A stretch of DNA of 64,000 nt from a candidate division WOR-3 bacterium (GCA_965648905.1 CBFGIT010000010.1:43914-107913); one strand, 5' to 3'. Numbered from the stretch's first letter, positions 19,979 to 30,299 are shown. Translations and numbers: made by a program. The notes: generated by a model from the letters alone, not told the origin.

Positions 19979-21348
19979 CGCGGTCTCGATGCAGTGGCCA
20001 GGCCGACTGAGGCGATGATGGCCATCAGCGGCTCGACTGGTGCACGGAACCGGGCATCGCCGACCGGCCCGACCGAAAGCGTGAAGTAGAGCAAAGGCAG
20101 AAGCAGCCAGAGCACACTTCGGCCCTGCCGGTTCAGCAGTCCGACAGCAATGAGCAGGAGCAGGCAGAGATGGAAGACCAGTGCCCAGATGAGCAGAATC
20201 AGGGCGAGTGTCGGCATCCGGGACAGGCGCTCGCGCCATAACAGGGCGAATGCCGTACTGACCCGGACCCGGGCCAGCAGCCCGAACACCTGCTGGGCCA
20301 GATGCGGAGTCGAGGCAAAGTCCTGGTTCGTGCCGGCTCCAAAGTGAATCAGCAGGGGCCGGATACTCAAAGGCATGGTCAGGGCAGCAGCGCTTCCGGC
20401 AATGTGAACTCGAACCGCGGTGGCCGGGTGGCGGAGCACATGACGCCAGCCCACCGCGGACAGTTTCTCCCAGAATCGTGCCTCGTCGGACGAGTCGAGC
20501 TGACCGAATACCTGCCCGGCTTCAGCCATCATCGAGTCGCGGGCCGCGGCCACGCTGATTGACTTCTCTGACGCCAGCACCGACGCGGCCGAGTACAGGT
20601 AGACGTTGCGTTCGGAAACGGTCGAAATGATGTAACGACCTGTCGCCTGGCCGTTGCGGACCACCCAGGGCAGGACTACGACTGTTGCCGCAGCAAGCGG
20701 GAGAATCGGTGCGAACAGCGGAGCGATGCGATGCCTCAGTTGGCGGTAGAGCAGATACCCGGCGATGACCAAAGGGAAGAAAGTCGCAATCGGCCGGGTG
20801 AGAATCAGAAGGCCGCCGAGCACGCCGGCCGCGACAAGGTCGTGAGCACGACCGGCAACGCGAAACCGGTTGAGCAGCAGCACGGTGAGAATCAGGCCGA
20901 GAGTGAACAGGGTTTCGGTGACGAGCTTGGTCGCAAGGAACGCGAGGTTCGGGCTCAAGGCAACGAGCAGTGCGGCGATGGCGGCGAACCTCTGGTCCAG
21001 GCCCAGCTCGCGCGCCAGTCTCTGCGTGGCCCAGATGAGGCAGAGCGACAGAGCAAGCTGGCCCAATAGAGCCGGCAGCAGCGGGTTTGTGAAAAGCAGG
21101 ACAAACCCGGCCAGGAACAGTGGATATGCCGGAGTGCGGAACACGTCCGGCCGGAAAGGAGGGGCAGAGTCGAGCGAGAAAAGGTGGTGCCGGGCCAGGT
21201 TTTCGGCCAGTCTTACGTATTCCGGCGTGTCGGCAATCGGCTCCAAAGCCTTCCGGCTGAGCGGGGTCGATGGGACAGCCAGCAGGAGAAGACGGAACGC
21301 GATTCCAGCGGCCAGTGCTGCCGGCAGGAGCCGGCTAGCTGATTTCAT
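19975..21348 (-). CDS. GT-C (ArnT/PMT-like, family 39) membrane glycosyltransferase
   Basis: DTPEYVRLA, FRTPAYPLFL, TETLF, LTRP, PWVVRN, RFRAP; many transmembrane segments. Confidence 0.8.
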   Translation of the reverse strand: MKSASRLLPAALAAGIAFRLLLLAVPSTPLSRKALEPIADTPEYVRLAENLARHHLFSLDSAPPFRPDVFRTPAYPLFLAGFVLLFTNPLLPALLGQLALSLCLIWATQRLARELGLDQRFAAIAALLVALSPNLAFLATKLVTETLFTLGLILTVLLLNRFRVAGRAHDLVAAGVLGGLLILTRPIATFFPLVIAGYLLYRQLRHRIAPLFAPILPLAAATVVVLPWVVRNGQATGRYIISTVSERNVYLYSAASVLASEKSISVAAARDSMMAEAGQVFGQLDSSDEARFWEKLSAVGWRHVLRHPATAVRVHIAGSAAALTMPLSIRPLLIHFGAGTNQDFASTPHLAQQVFGLLARVRVSTAFALLWRERLSRMPTLALILLIWALVFHLCLLLLIAVGLLNRQGRSVLWLLLPLLYFTLSVGPVGDARFRAPVEPLMAIIASVGLATASRPR

Positions 21349-22006
21349 ACCAGGGCCGGCGCACGCGGCGCTTGATAAGGAGTCCGAACAGAACCCCGGC
21401 GCCGAAGCCGCCGATGTGGGCAAAGTAGGCGATGCCGCCCGCGCCCGGCGCAGCGCCGCAGCCGTTCAGGACCTGGAACAGAATCCAGAAACCGAGCAGG
21501 AGCCCGGCCGGCAGGTAGACCATTCTCAGGAAAAAGAAAATCGGGATGACGGTCAGTACCCGGGCGCGCGGGTAGAGCACGAAGTAAGCGCCCATTACCC
21601 CGGAGATAGCGCCTGATGCGCCAATCGTCGGTACCGGTGAGCCCGGGCTGAAGATGACGTGCAGCCCGCTGCCGAGCAGGCCTGAGACGAGATAGACAAA
21701 CGGATAGGCGGCGTGTCCGAAGGCGTCTTCGATGTTGTCGCCGAAAATCCAGAGATAGAGCATGTTGCCGATGAAGTGGAAGAAGCCGCCGTGCAGGAAC
21801 ATTGAGGTGAGCAGGGTCCAGAGATGGCGGCCGCTTACGATATCGCGCGGAATCATGCCGTAGGCCCGGACAATCGCGTTGCCTGCCTCGGGGTCGTTGA
21901 GTGCGGCAAGCTGCTGATAGGCGAACGCGGCTGTGCAGGCACCGATGAGCAGGTAGTTGACAATCGGCCGGCGGGAAGAGCGGATGTCGTCGTGCAGCGG
22001 TATCAT
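21335..22006 (-). CDS. Rhomboid-family intramembrane serine protease
   Basis: MIPLHDD start overlaps the ispF stop (ATGA); SMFLHGG..HFIGNM, GASGAISG, AHIGGF. Confidence 0.93.
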   Translation of the reverse strand: MIPLHDDIRSSRRPIVNYLLIGACTAAFAYQQLAALNDPEAGNAIVRAYGMIPRDIVSGRHLWTLLTSMFLHGGFFHFIGNMLYLWIFGDNIEDAFGHAAYPFVYLVSGLLGSGLHVIFSPGSPVPTIGASGAISGVMGAYFVLYPRARVLTVIPIFFFLRMVYLPAGLLLGFWILFQVLNGCGAAPGAGGIAYFAHIGGFGAGVLFGLLIKRRVRRPWYEIS

Positions 22007-22497
22007 TTCGCTTTCCGGAGCAGGACCAAGGCGAGTGCGGCGATACTGCGGCCGGGCCGGGCCAGGCCGGTGCCTTCGGTGGTTTTGGCTTTCAGCCCGA
22101 CGCAGTCGGGCCGCAGGGACAGGAGCCGGCCGATGCTTGAGCGAATCGCCTCGGCGTGAGGGGCGAGCTTCGGCTGGTCGCAGACGACCACGCAGTCGAT
22201 GTTCGTCGCGCACCAGCCCTGCTGGCGCACGAGGCCACAGGCGTGTAACAGAAGCCCGGCGCTGTCGGCATCCTTGCAGGTCGGGTCGGTGTCGGGAAAG
22301 AGCGTGCCCAGGTCAGGCAGGGCGGTTGCTCCGAGGAGTGCGTCGGTGATGGCGTGCAGCAGCACGTCTCCGTCCGAGTGCCCGGTCAGGCCTGAGGGGT
22401 GCGGGATAGTCACGCCGCCGAGGACCAGTCTTCGTCCCTTCTTGAGGTTGTGGGCGTCAAAGCCAAGACCGATGCGCAGTCGGGGGAGAGATGTCAA
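22003..22497 (-). CDS. ispF: 2-C-methyl-D-erythritol 2,4-cyclodiphosphate synthase
   Basis: RIGLGFDAH, GHSDGDVLLHAITDALLGA, DLG..FP, KAKTTEG. Confidence 0.96.
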   Translation of the reverse strand: MTSLPRLRIGLGFDAHNLKKGRRLVLGGVTIPHPSGLTGHSDGDVLLHAITDALLGATALPDLGTLFPDTDPTCKDADSAGLLLHACGLVRQQGWCATNIDCVVVCDQPKLAPHAEAIRSSIGRLLSLRPDCVGLKAKTTEGTGLARPGRSIAALALVLLRKAK

Positions 22498-22610
22498 CTG
22501 CGTGATTGTATAGGCTGCCAGCGCCCGGTCAAGGCGAACCTTGCAGGCCGAGTTCGGGACTGGACCACGGCGCTTCGTCTCCGCCTTGGCCGTGGTTGCG
22601 GTGGCCCGTC

Positions 22611-23717
22611 TTACTGGGTCAGGTAGGCGAGGATGAGCCGGACCGTTGCCAGCAGGGCCCGGCGATGAGTGCGTTCGAGATTGTGCGAGGCGTCAATGCC
22701 CGGGCCGATAAGCCCGGTGACAACGTCGTGGCCGGCCCGAACTGCAACCGCGGCATCCGAGGCATAGAACGGGTAGACATCCACCTTGTACGGAATCTCG
22801 TTCGCGCGACAGAGCTCGACCAGATGCTGTCGCAGCCGGTAGTCGAACGGGCCGGTTGAATCCTTGGCACAGATTGAGACCGAGTACTCGTCCGAAGCCT
22901 GGCCTTTGCCGACCGCCCCCATGTCGACTGCAAGCAACTGGCCTGTGCCCTCAGGGATTCCGGCTGAAGCGCCGAACCCGACCTCCTCGGAAGTGCTGAA
23001 GAAAAGGTGGCAGGTGCGACGCGGTTTGGCGCCCTGCTCGACCAGTGATTGGACGGCCGCGAGCAGGCAGGCAACCCCGGCCTTGTCGTCCAGGTGGCGT
23101 GACTTCACGAACCCGGAGTCGGTCAACTCGAATCTGGGGTCAAAGTGGATGTAGTCGCCGACCGCGACGCCCAGGGCCGTGACCGCGGCCTCGCTCGGTG
23201 ACTCCAGGTCGAGCCGAACGACCATGTTTTCGGCATCGCGCCGGGCCGATTCAATCTCCTTACTGACGTGGGCCGATGGTTTTTCGTACAGAACCGTGCC
23301 GCGAATCATGCGGCCCGAGCTGGTTTCAACAGTGCAGTACTCGCCTTCGACCGTGCTCAGAGCATAGCCGCCGACCTGGGTGAGTCGGACCAACCCGTCC
23401 TTCTCAATTGACTTCACCATGGCCGCGAGCGTGTCAACATGGGCGGTCAGGGTTCGGTGCGGCCCGGCCTCCTGCCCGGGGATCGATCCGACCAGAGCGC
23501 CGCGCCGGGTTCGTTCATGGCGCACGCCGAGCCGGTCGAGCTCGGCTCCAAGGAACTGGATTGCAGCGTCGGTATGCCCGGCCGGGCTTGGGATGTGGAC
23601 AAGCTCTTTCAGAATCTCGATGATGCGGTCGGTGAGGGCAGACAAGCTGGCAGGAGTGCTGTTCAAGGATGTTACCTTTGTTGTTGGGTTGACTATCCCG
23701 CTGTTTCCGGCTGTCAC
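22611..23717 (-). CDS. M42-family metallopeptidase
   Basis: IPSPAG, AHVDT, SRHLDDKAG, SEEVGFG, AVDMG, YASDA, ASHNLER. Confidence 0.92.
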   Translation of the reverse strand: MTAGNSGIVNPTTKVTSLNSTPASLSALTDRIIEILKELVHIPSPAGHTDAAIQFLGAELDRLGVRHERTRRGALVGSIPGQEAGPHRTLTAHVDTLAAMVKSIEKDGLVRLTQVGGYALSTVEGEYCTVETSSGRMIRGTVLYEKPSAHVSKEIESARRDAENMVVRLDLESPSEAAVTALGVAVGDYIHFDPRFELTDSGFVKSRHLDDKAGVACLLAAVQSLVEQGAKPRRTCHLFFSTSEEVGFGASAGIPEGTGQLLAVDMGAVGKGQASDEYSVSICAKDSTGPFDYRLRQHLVELCRANEIPYKVDVYPFYASDAAVAVRAGHDVVTGLIGPGIDASHNLERTHRRALLATVRLILAYLTQ

Positions 23718-23779
23718 GACAGGAGATTATACCTGCGGCCGAAAAGTCGGTCAAATCCGGCGGGGGGACGGAGGAGACA

Positions 23780-23814
23780 AGGCAGAAGGCAGAAATCAGA
23801 AGGCAGAATGGCGG
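23780..23814. repeat. Heptamer tandem repeat (AGGCAGA-like x5)
   Basis: aggcaga aggcaga aatcaga aggcaga atggcgg, just downstream of the tsaB stop. Confidence 0.75.
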
Positions 23815-23825
23815 AGGGCGAGAGG

Positions 23826-24518
23826 CTAGGAGTTCGTACGCCGTTCGCGGGCAAGTTCGGCGTCGGTGCGGCGGAGATAGAGCGGTTCAAGTCGCTCCAG
23901 GTCATCGGCCTGGCCGGCCTGGATTGCCTGAGCCGCGGCAAGCGCAATGACCCGGGGCAGAGGGTTTTCGATGCCGGATGTTTCGAGCTGAACTTGCCGG
24001 CTCTCAAGAAAGGGCCGGCACAGGCCGGACCCAGAGCCGGCGATGATGAGCTTGTGCCCGGAGCGGCCGGATGCGGCTTCAGCGATTTCAGAATAGCTGA
24101 ACAGTCCGGGCTCGATGAGCACTCGGTCCTGGTGGTACAGGGCAGCGTAGACCTGGGACTTGCGGGCGTCGATTGTCGCAAGTACGGGCCGGCCCGGTTC
24201 AGGCACAGAGCGGGCCAGAGCCCAGAGAGTGTTGATGCCTTTGACTGGTATGCCGAGGACGAATGCGAAACCTTTGGCCGTGCTCAGGCCGACGCGCAAC
24301 GACGTGAACATGCCCGGGCCGATGGTGACGCCGAGTCCGGCAAGGCCCTGGGGCCTGGCGTTGATTGAGGCGAGCGCCTCATCAATCAGGGGCATGAGCA
24401 GCTCGTCGTGGCGCATCTTGTCGCCGAGCGCCTGCTCGTAGATGACGTTTCCGGCCCTGGCCAGAGCCACACCGGTTCCGGTGCCGCTGGTCTCGATTCC
24501 CAGGTACAGGTCAGGCAT
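23826..24518 (-). CDS. tsaB: tRNA threonylcarbamoyladenosine biosynthesis protein TsaB
   Basis: LGIETSG, GPGMFTSLRVG..AKG, IDARKSQVY, LEPLYLR. Confidence 0.93.
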   Translation of the reverse strand: MPDLYLGIETSGTGTGVALARAGNVIYEQALGDKMRHDELLMPLIDEALASINARPQGLAGLGVTIGPGMFTSLRVGLSTAKGFAFVLGIPVKGINTLWALARSVPEPGRPVLATIDARKSQVYAALYHQDRVLIEPGLFSYSEIAEAASGRSGHKLIIAGSGSGLCRPFLESRQVQLETSGIENPLPRVIALAAAQAIQAGQADDLERLEPLYLRRTDAELARERRTNS

Positions 24519-25254
24519 CAGAGGCTTTCTGACTAAGCTGGTACACATGGGCAAGGCCGCGTGAGCCGAGGTCAGGGTCGACTGTAACCGGCCGGCCGAG
24601 TGCCCGATAGAACAGCTTTGCGCGGCCGCCGGTGAGAATGACTCTGAAGCTGCGGGACGTCGTCCGTTCGAGCTCGCCAATGACACCGCGCAGGCCGCAA
24701 GCGAGGATGTGAAACACCCCGGCCTGGATTGCGGCGCAGGTTGTGCGGCCGATGAGTTCTGGCTTGCGCCTGAGTTCGACACGGGGCAGCAGCGCAGTGC
24801 TTCGGGCAAGGCTTGCAAGCATCAGGTCCGGGCCGGGCAGAATGAGCCCGCCGGCAAAGCTGGCTTCAGCAAGCACGACGTTGACCGTGACCGCAGTGCC
24901 GAAGTCAAGGACAATGCAGTTGTCGCGGTGAAGGTGCCAGGCTCCGACTGCGTCACAGACCCGGTCAGCACCAAGCTGGCTGCGGCGGCAGCGGAACGAG
25001 AGCCCGACTCTGGTCCCAGACCCGAGGACAAAAGGTGAGCAGTTTGTCGCAAGTTCCAGGGTTCGGGCAAGAACCGGGGTCGCACGCGGCACAACCGAGG
25101 CAATGGCAACGCCCTTGACCGGCCGCGATGAGCCGGGCACACGGGCACACTGTAGGACTCGGACCGTGGGCAGGATGCGTCTTGCCCGCACTGTGCCACG
25201 GGTCCACCAGACGAGGCGCGTGTTGGTGTTGCCGACGAGCGCAGTGAGAATCAT
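24511..25254 (-). CDS. coaX: Type III pantothenate kinase
   Basis: VGNTNT, ASVVP, LGADR, LDFGTA, GGLILPG, ILTGG. Confidence 0.9.
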   Translation of the reverse strand: MILTALVGNTNTRLVWWTRGTVRARRILPTVRVLQCARVPGSSRPVKGVAIASVVPRATPVLARTLELATNCSPFVLGSGTRVGLSFRCRRSQLGADRVCDAVGAWHLHRDNCIVLDFGTAVTVNVVLAEASFAGGLILPGPDLMLASLARSTALLPRVELRRKPELIGRTTCAAIQAGVFHILACGLRGVIGELERTTSRSFRVILTGGRAKLFYRALGRPVTVDPDLGSRGLAHVYQLSQKASDA

Positions 25255-26012
25255 CTGAGCCGGCGGACGTCGCCCGCGCTCAGGGAGAGGACCTTGCCCG
25301 AATCGGTGCGCAGGACCAGCCGGCCTTCGCGGTCGATGTCGATGCAGGTTCCGATATGGGTGCGGAGCAGGGTCTTGACTTCGACCCGGCGATGGAGGAT
25401 TGCCGAGCGTTCTTTGAGCTGGGTGAGCAGGGCAGCTCCTTGGTCCTTGACTGCCTGGTCGAGTGCGGCAAACGTCTCTTTGACGCAGGCCTCAAGCAGC
25501 ACGAGCTTGTCGAAAGTCCGGCCGGTGGCCATCGTGAGCGACGTTGCGTCGGGCAGGTCCAGAGGAAAGTTCGGCTGATTCACGTTGATGCCGAAGCCGA
25601 CGGCGACACCGTTGCCCCGGGCCTCACAAAGGATACCCGCGACTTTCTTCTCTCCGAGCATGATATCGTTGGGCCAGCGGATGAGCGGTCTTGTACCGGT
25701 GGTTGATTCGACGGCGCGGCAGGCGGCAAGACCGGCGATGTGGGTGATGAGCGAGCCGGGGAAGTCAGGCTGGTCACGGCAGAGGAGCAGGCTGAAGCAG
25801 AGGCTTGCGTCGTCTGAGTACCAGTGGCGGCGGAACCGGCCCCGGCCTCTGGTTTGATGCCGGGCAAGCACCACCGCAGGCTCGCCCGTGGTCCCTAGAC
25901 CGAGCGCATGGTCATTGGTCGAGCCGACCTGGTCAAGGACCACAACCCGGGCACAGGCAGCAAGGCGCGAGAGCAGCGAGCCGGGCAGCTCGGTCAGTGC
26001 TGGCTCAGACAT
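25251..26012 (-). CDS. birA: Biotin--[acetyl-CoA carboxylase] ligase without an HTH domain
   Basis: STND, QTRGRGRFRRHW, RWPND, KKVAGIL, GFGINV. Confidence 0.93.
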   Translation of the reverse strand: MSEPALTELPGSLLSRLAACARVVVLDQVGSTNDHALGLGTTGEPAVVLARHQTRGRGRFRRHWYSDDASLCFSLLLCRDQPDFPGSLITHIAGLAACRAVESTTGTRPLIRWPNDIMLGEKKVAGILCEARGNGVAVGFGINVNQPNFPLDLPDATSLTMATGRTFDKLVLLEACVKETFAALDQAVKDQGAALLTQLKERSAILHRRVEVKTLLRTHIGTCIDIDREGRLVLRTDSGKVLSLSAGDVRRLR

Positions 26013-27698
26013 CTACTGGTCGGCGCGAACGAGCTTCAGCTCGCGGCCGTCGTCGGTCCGGCAGAACCAGACTCCAGGCGGCAGAGAGCCGAGCCTTAAG
26101 GACACGCCAGATTGCAGATTGGGGATTGCAGATTGCAGGACCAGGCGGCCGGCCGGGTCGTAGATGGAGAGAGTGATGAGTGGTGAGTGATGAGCGATGG
26201 GTCGAGGAGTGAGGAGGATCTCGACAAGGTCGCGCACCGGGTTGGGTCGGGCTGAGAGTCCGGCGAGTCGCTCTAGTCCGGCAGGCGCGGCAGCGCCGAC
26301 CGGCGTGGTGTTGAGGAACAGGTGGTTGCCGTTCGGCTGGTCCCAGTTGGTGACGACCAGGTCCGGATGAGTCGAAACCCGGGTGAAGAACCGGACCTGG
26401 CTTGACTCGGGCGGCGGGTTCGCAAAGCTGACCCAGGCGCCCAGCAGGTCGCAGCAGTAGCCGGAGCGCGGAACCGGCACGCCGTTGACCTTGATGCTGT
26501 CGAGAGACTGGAGCGGGCCGGTCTTGCGGATGGTGAACAGACTGGTTCGGCCGTCACCGGTGACCGCCACTTCGCAAGGGACAAGGTGCGAGTTATTGAT
26601 GTCGGCCCAGACCAGGGCTTCGCAGACCAGGTCATACCGGTTGGCCGGAGACCAGGACCAGGTTGCAACCGTATCGAGCACGCCGGCCCGGTTCTCAAAC
26701 ACGACCGCAGGACGCCACCAGCCGCCTGCGGCCAGCTCCGGGTACCCGTCGCCGTTCGCGTCGGCCCAGGCAACACACGAGGAGTAGAGGCTTGAACCCT
26801 GGCGCAGCATGTTGAAAGTGGCGATGGTGTCGAACGTGCCCTGGTTGTTGTGAAACACCTTGATGCTGTTCGGGTCGCCAAGCTGGTCGTTGCAGGCTGC
26901 GGCAAGGTCGAGCCAGCCGTCCAGGTCATAGTCGCCGAACGCCAGGCGCAGGCACCAGCCGATGTTCCGGGTCGCAACCCAGGAAGGGGTATTCTCCAGC
27001 ACGCCGGAGTTGTTCCGGTACATCGAGATGCGTCGGCGCTGGCCGACAAAAAGGTCAAGGTCGCCGTCGTTGTCGATGTCGCAGAGTCGGATGGCGTCGG
27101 ACGGAGTGCCCTGGTTCGCGGTCCAGAACGGCAGCGTGTCGAGCACGCCCGAGTTGTTGCGGTAAACTCGGGCTGAATCGGTTGAGCCGGTATAGGCGTC
27201 GCCCGCCGAGATGGCGAGGTCCAGGTCGCCGTCAAGGTCAATGTCGCCCAGGCAGCAGTCGAACGAGGAGTGCTGGTCACGGGCCCGCCAGTACGGCGCA
27301 GGCGAGAGCGTGTTGCCCGAGTTGCGGTACACCCGGGCGAGGAAGTCGCCGGCCGTCCCGGCCCCGAGGTAGCCGACCGCGAGGTCGTCAAGCCCGTCGT
27401 TGTCGATGTCGCCGGCATAGCAGTGGCCGAAGTAGCCGTTGTCGGACGAGCGCCAGGAAGCACCGGACTCAAGCGTACCGCCCCGGTTCAGATAGACCGA
27501 GTTCTGGTTCAGGGCCATGTCGTTGCCGTTCGATACACACAGGTCGAGAAAGCCGTTGGTATCGACGTCGGCAACCGCACCGCCGGTTGAATAGTCGTTG
27601 TCGTTTGATGTCCAGTTCGGAGCCGAAGGCAGCGGGACCAGAGCCGGTGCAGCAGACCAGGCAATCAGGACCAGACCCAGGACGCTCAGTTTGCGCAT
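26013..27698 (-). CDS. Secreted FG-GAP/VCBS-repeat protein with T9SS-like C-terminal domain
   Basis: Signal peptide; repeated (G)DxDxDGxxDL; C-terminal PNP...YDPAGRLV...LPPGVWF. Confidence 0.82.
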   Translation of the reverse strand: MRKLSVLGLVLIAWSAAPALVPLPSAPNWTSNDNDYSTGGAVADVDTNGFLDLCVSNGNDMALNQNSVYLNRGGTLESGASWRSSDNGYFGHCYAGDIDNDGLDDLAVGYLGAGTAGDFLARVYRNSGNTLSPAPYWRARDQHSSFDCCLGDIDLDGDLDLAISAGDAYTGSTDSARVYRNNSGVLDTLPFWTANQGTPSDAIRLCDIDNDGDLDLFVGQRRRISMYRNNSGVLENTPSWVATRNIGWCLRLAFGDYDLDGWLDLAAACNDQLGDPNSIKVFHNNQGTFDTIATFNMLRQGSSLYSSCVAWADANGDGYPELAAGGWWRPAVVFENRAGVLDTVATWSWSPANRYDLVCEALVWADINNSHLVPCEVAVTGDGRTSLFTIRKTGPLQSLDSIKVNGVPVPRSGYCCDLLGAWVSFANPPPESSQVRFFTRVSTHPDLVVTNWDQPNGNHLFLNTTPVGAAAPAGLERLAGLSARPNPVRDLVEILLTPRPIAHHSPLITLSIYDPAGRLVLQSAIPNLQSGVSLRLGSLPPGVWFCRTDDGRELKLVRADQ

Positions 27699-27754
27699 AG
27701 TGGGCCAGTCTAGTTCATTTCGCCACCAGGGTCAAGCCGGCCGTCGGCCCGGTG

Positions 27755-29242
27755 CTACCTGGTCAGAACGACCCGGTGCGTGCGGCCGGATGCGCTCGGG
27801 ACAAAGTAGACACCGGGCGTAAGGCGGGAAAGGTCGTTGGCACCAGGCCGAAGCGACCGGACACGACGGCCGGTGGCATCGACCAGGTCGGTTGTCTGAT
27901 TGCCGGCGAGAAGCAGGATTCGGCTTACGACCGTGGCCGGCTCGGCAGCGCGAATGCGGGCCGGGCCAAGGGTTTCGGCCAGAGCAGTCGGAACCCGGGC
28001 CTTGAGCGTGCCGTCACCAACCAGGCACATGCCGTAGAACCACGACTGCTCCCAGGGCTCAAGGCCGTCCATCATGCGCCAGTAGAACCAGACAACCAGC
28101 GCCTCGGCCAGGGGCCGACCCTCGAACAGAGCGTAGTAGAAGTCCTCAAACCGGAGCATCGAGCCGGTCTTGGTCGAGCCGACCGCGCCCAGTCCGGTTG
28201 AGGTCTGGAACACATAGCAGCCGCCGCAGAAGTTACGCTCGACAAATCGGGCGTTGGAACAGGCGAAGAGATTGTAGAAATTCGCGCACGGGTCGAGTCC
28301 GGCAATCTGGTCGGCGTAGAAGTAGTCCCAGTTCTGGCCGTTGTTATATTTCATTGCGTGGCCGCCCGGCCAGGAATGAGAGCAGAGCTGAATCCACTGG
28401 TAGGCGGCAGTGTCAATCCGGGGACGATAGTCGCGGACCCGGGTCGTTTCGCGCTGCCAGACAAAGACCCGCTCCGGGTACAGATACCCGACCGCATAGT
28501 CCCACTCCGACGCATAGGGAACCCAGTCGTCGTCGATGTAGACCAGGGCCCGGTCAGTGACCGGCAGGTCGCCGTTCCGATACCGGTGGTTCCGGGAAAG
28601 ATAGCGGCTGAGCAGGGTGACTTCGTTGCCGACCACGGATGCAGGCAGACGCGAAACCGCCAGTTCGGGCACGATGTCGCCGTCGTGCTGGTCGTAGATG
28701 CCGTCGGCGCCCGAGACCAGACTGTCAAGGGTATCGAGTCGCACCATCTGGTCGGCCCAGTTGCCGTTGATGTCGGCGAAGAAAAGGTCACAGGGGAACT
28801 CCTCGTAGCCCTCGTCCGGGTCGCGGCGGCGGTTTGAATTCCAGTCGTCAATCATCTGGAACCAGGCCACCGGCAGGTCGCCGACGAGCACGGCATGACG
28901 CACGCCCAGCTCGTACTCGCGGGCAAGGAAAGCCCGGAGCGACTCAGCCGACGTGGCTGCGACCGAATAGAGCATCGGCGCATGGCCTTCCTGGACAAGG
29001 TCGGCAAAGAGCGTGTCGAGCTGCAACCGGAGCGGGGCGACAAGCTCCTCTTCAATCAGCACGTCGACCCCGGGTTCGAGCCGGGGCCCGACCGAAGAAA
29101 TCGGCCGGATGCGCCAGACCGGGCCTGCGGGTCGGGATTCAAGCCAGGATGAATAGCTCAGCGGCCGCGAGCTGTCCGGGCTCTGCCAGCGCAGGACCTG
29201 GACCGAAGGAACGGCGACCAGAGCGAAGATGAGAGCGAACAC
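27755..29242 (-). CDS. Secreted C25 (gingipain-like) cysteine peptidase-domain protein with C-terminal sorting domain
   Basis: VLVGDLP, DLFFADING, PELAVSRLP, SHS...FACSN (His/Cys dyad), LVGDGTL, DATGRRV...PGVYFV. Confidence 0.7.
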   Translation of the reverse strand: MFALIFALVAVPSVQVLRWQSPDSSRPLSYSSWLESRPAGPVWRIRPISSVGPRLEPGVDVLIEEELVAPLRLQLDTLFADLVQEGHAPMLYSVAATSAESLRAFLAREYELGVRHAVLVGDLPVAWFQMIDDWNSNRRRDPDEGYEEFPCDLFFADINGNWADQMVRLDTLDSLVSGADGIYDQHDGDIVPELAVSRLPASVVGNEVTLLSRYLSRNHRYRNGDLPVTDRALVYIDDDWVPYASEWDYAVGYLYPERVFVWQRETTRVRDYRPRIDTAAYQWIQLCSHSWPGGHAMKYNNGQNWDYFYADQIAGLDPCANFYNLFACSNARFVERNFCGGCYVFQTSTGLGAVGSTKTGSMLRFEDFYYALFEGRPLAEALVVWFYWRMMDGLEPWEQSWFYGMCLVGDGTLKARVPTALAETLGPARIRAAEPATVVSRILLLAGNQTTDLVDATGRRVRSLRPGANDLSRLTPGVYFVPSASGRTHRVVLTR

Positions 29243-29286
29243 ACGACAGCGTAGCCCGCAGGGCGCGGCTTGTCAACCTCGCGCAG

Positions 29287-29321
29287 GCAGGCGGCAGAGT
29301 GCAGCCTTCTCTGCCGCCTGC
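29287..29321. terminator. 13-bp hairpin downstream of the capsid-like gene (possible terminator)
   Basis: GCAGGCGGCAGAG-N9-CTCTGCCGCCTGC; no clear U-tract. Confidence 0.45.
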
Positions 29322-29364
29322 TGGTTCTCAGCGCCCGGCGTGATGCGTCGGGCGCAGCGCGCCG

Positions 29365-29742
29365 TTACGGACTCGATGGCGGCGCGATGTTGAAGACGCC
29401 GGTGCGGATGGTCTCGAGCACACTGCGGGCCAGGCCGCGGGCCACCCATTTCACAATGAGCAGCTCGGCCTCAACCGACGCAGACTCGCCGGAGACCTCG
29501 CGCCCGTGGGTCAGATGCCAGAGCTCCCGGCCGAAGCTCAGGTACGAGGGGTACAGGATGATTGAGACCCCGGCCAAATCCAGCACCTGCTTGACCTGGG
29601 ACTCCATCGTCGCAATCAGCGCGAACACGGACTGGACCCGGGCGAGCATGTCGGCCCGCTTCTTGTCCATCCGCGCCTTCACCTGGTCGGTGTCGAAGTT
29701 TGAGTCCCAGTTCATGACTCTACGGACTGGGTCAATCGGCAT
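29365..29742 (-). CDS. Hypothetical helical protein resembling SIRV2/Adnaviria-type major capsid protein (paralogue 1)
   Basis: Strong RBS GAAAGGAGGTGA before ATG 29742; aligns with the 31468-31917 product (RRV..W, E..V.QV.D.A.V, Y..FGREL, KW..RGL). Confidence 0.6.
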   Translation of the reverse strand: MPIDPVRRVMNWDSNFDTDQVKARMDKKRADMLARVQSVFALIATMESQVKQVLDLAGVSIILYPSYLSFGRELWHLTHGREVSGESASVEAELLIVKWVARGLARSVLETIRTGVFNIAPPSSP

Positions 29743-29881
29743 GGTTGTCACCTCCTTTCGGCAACGTGATTGGCGTCCTTACCATGGCGGACGCCGGTTG
29801 CGGCCTGAGTTCGGGCCAGGCGTGGCCTGCGCCTGCTGCCGGCTCGTGCTCAAGCATCACGGCAATCGTCGGTTCGGTCAT
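29732..29881 (-). CDS. Small hypothetical ORF (49 aa)
   Basis: Its ATG overlaps the upstream stop (ATGA), and it overlaps the start of the capsid-like gene. Confidence 0.35.
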   Translation of the reverse strand: MTEPTIAVMLEHEPAAGAGHAWPELRPQPASAMVRTPITLPKGGDNHAD

Positions 29882-30150
29882 TGCTGAACTCCGATGTCGA
29901 CAATGAGCTGCCGCACGACACTCGCGGTATCGGTCCACTCAACGTGGTTCATGTACTGCCACAGCAGCTCGACCAGGGCCGCCTCGAGCAGCCGGCGGTG
30001 CATAGACCGCAGCCGCTTCTCCTGACAGGCCAGCAGCGCCAGCGCCTGCCGGCCGTGCTTCGTGGCCGGAACCAGGCGCTGGGCATCGACCGTCAACTCA
30101 AGCAGGTCGGCCACGCGGTCGGCTTCCTGGACAAGGCGTGCGGCATTCAT
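29878..30150 (-). CDS. Hypothetical alpha-helical protein (90 aa)
   Basis: GAGAGG RBS before ATG 30150; lies directly downstream of the shared upstream motif. Confidence 0.55.
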   Translation of the reverse strand: MNAARLVQEADRVADLLELTVDAQRLVPATKHGRQALALLACQEKRLRSMHRRLLEAALVELLWQYMNHVEWTDTASVVRQLIVDIGVQQ

Positions 30151-30176
30151 GGCTGGCCTCTCTTTCTCGTGGTTCA

Positions 30177-30214
30177 TCACTGGAATTGGAGAAACCGACC
30201 GGCCCGGACGCAAC
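30177..30214 (-). promoter_or_regulatory. Bipartite motif copy 1 (putative ECF-sigma promoter)
   Basis: GTTGCGT-N11-GGTTTCTCCAATTCCAGTGA on the minus strand. Confidence 0.65.
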
Positions 30215-30299
30215 CTGGGCGACGAACCCGGCGCTTCGCTGACAAACGCGACCGCCCCGGTACACCGGGGCGGCTGCCCGCTACGACTGTCGGCCTGGG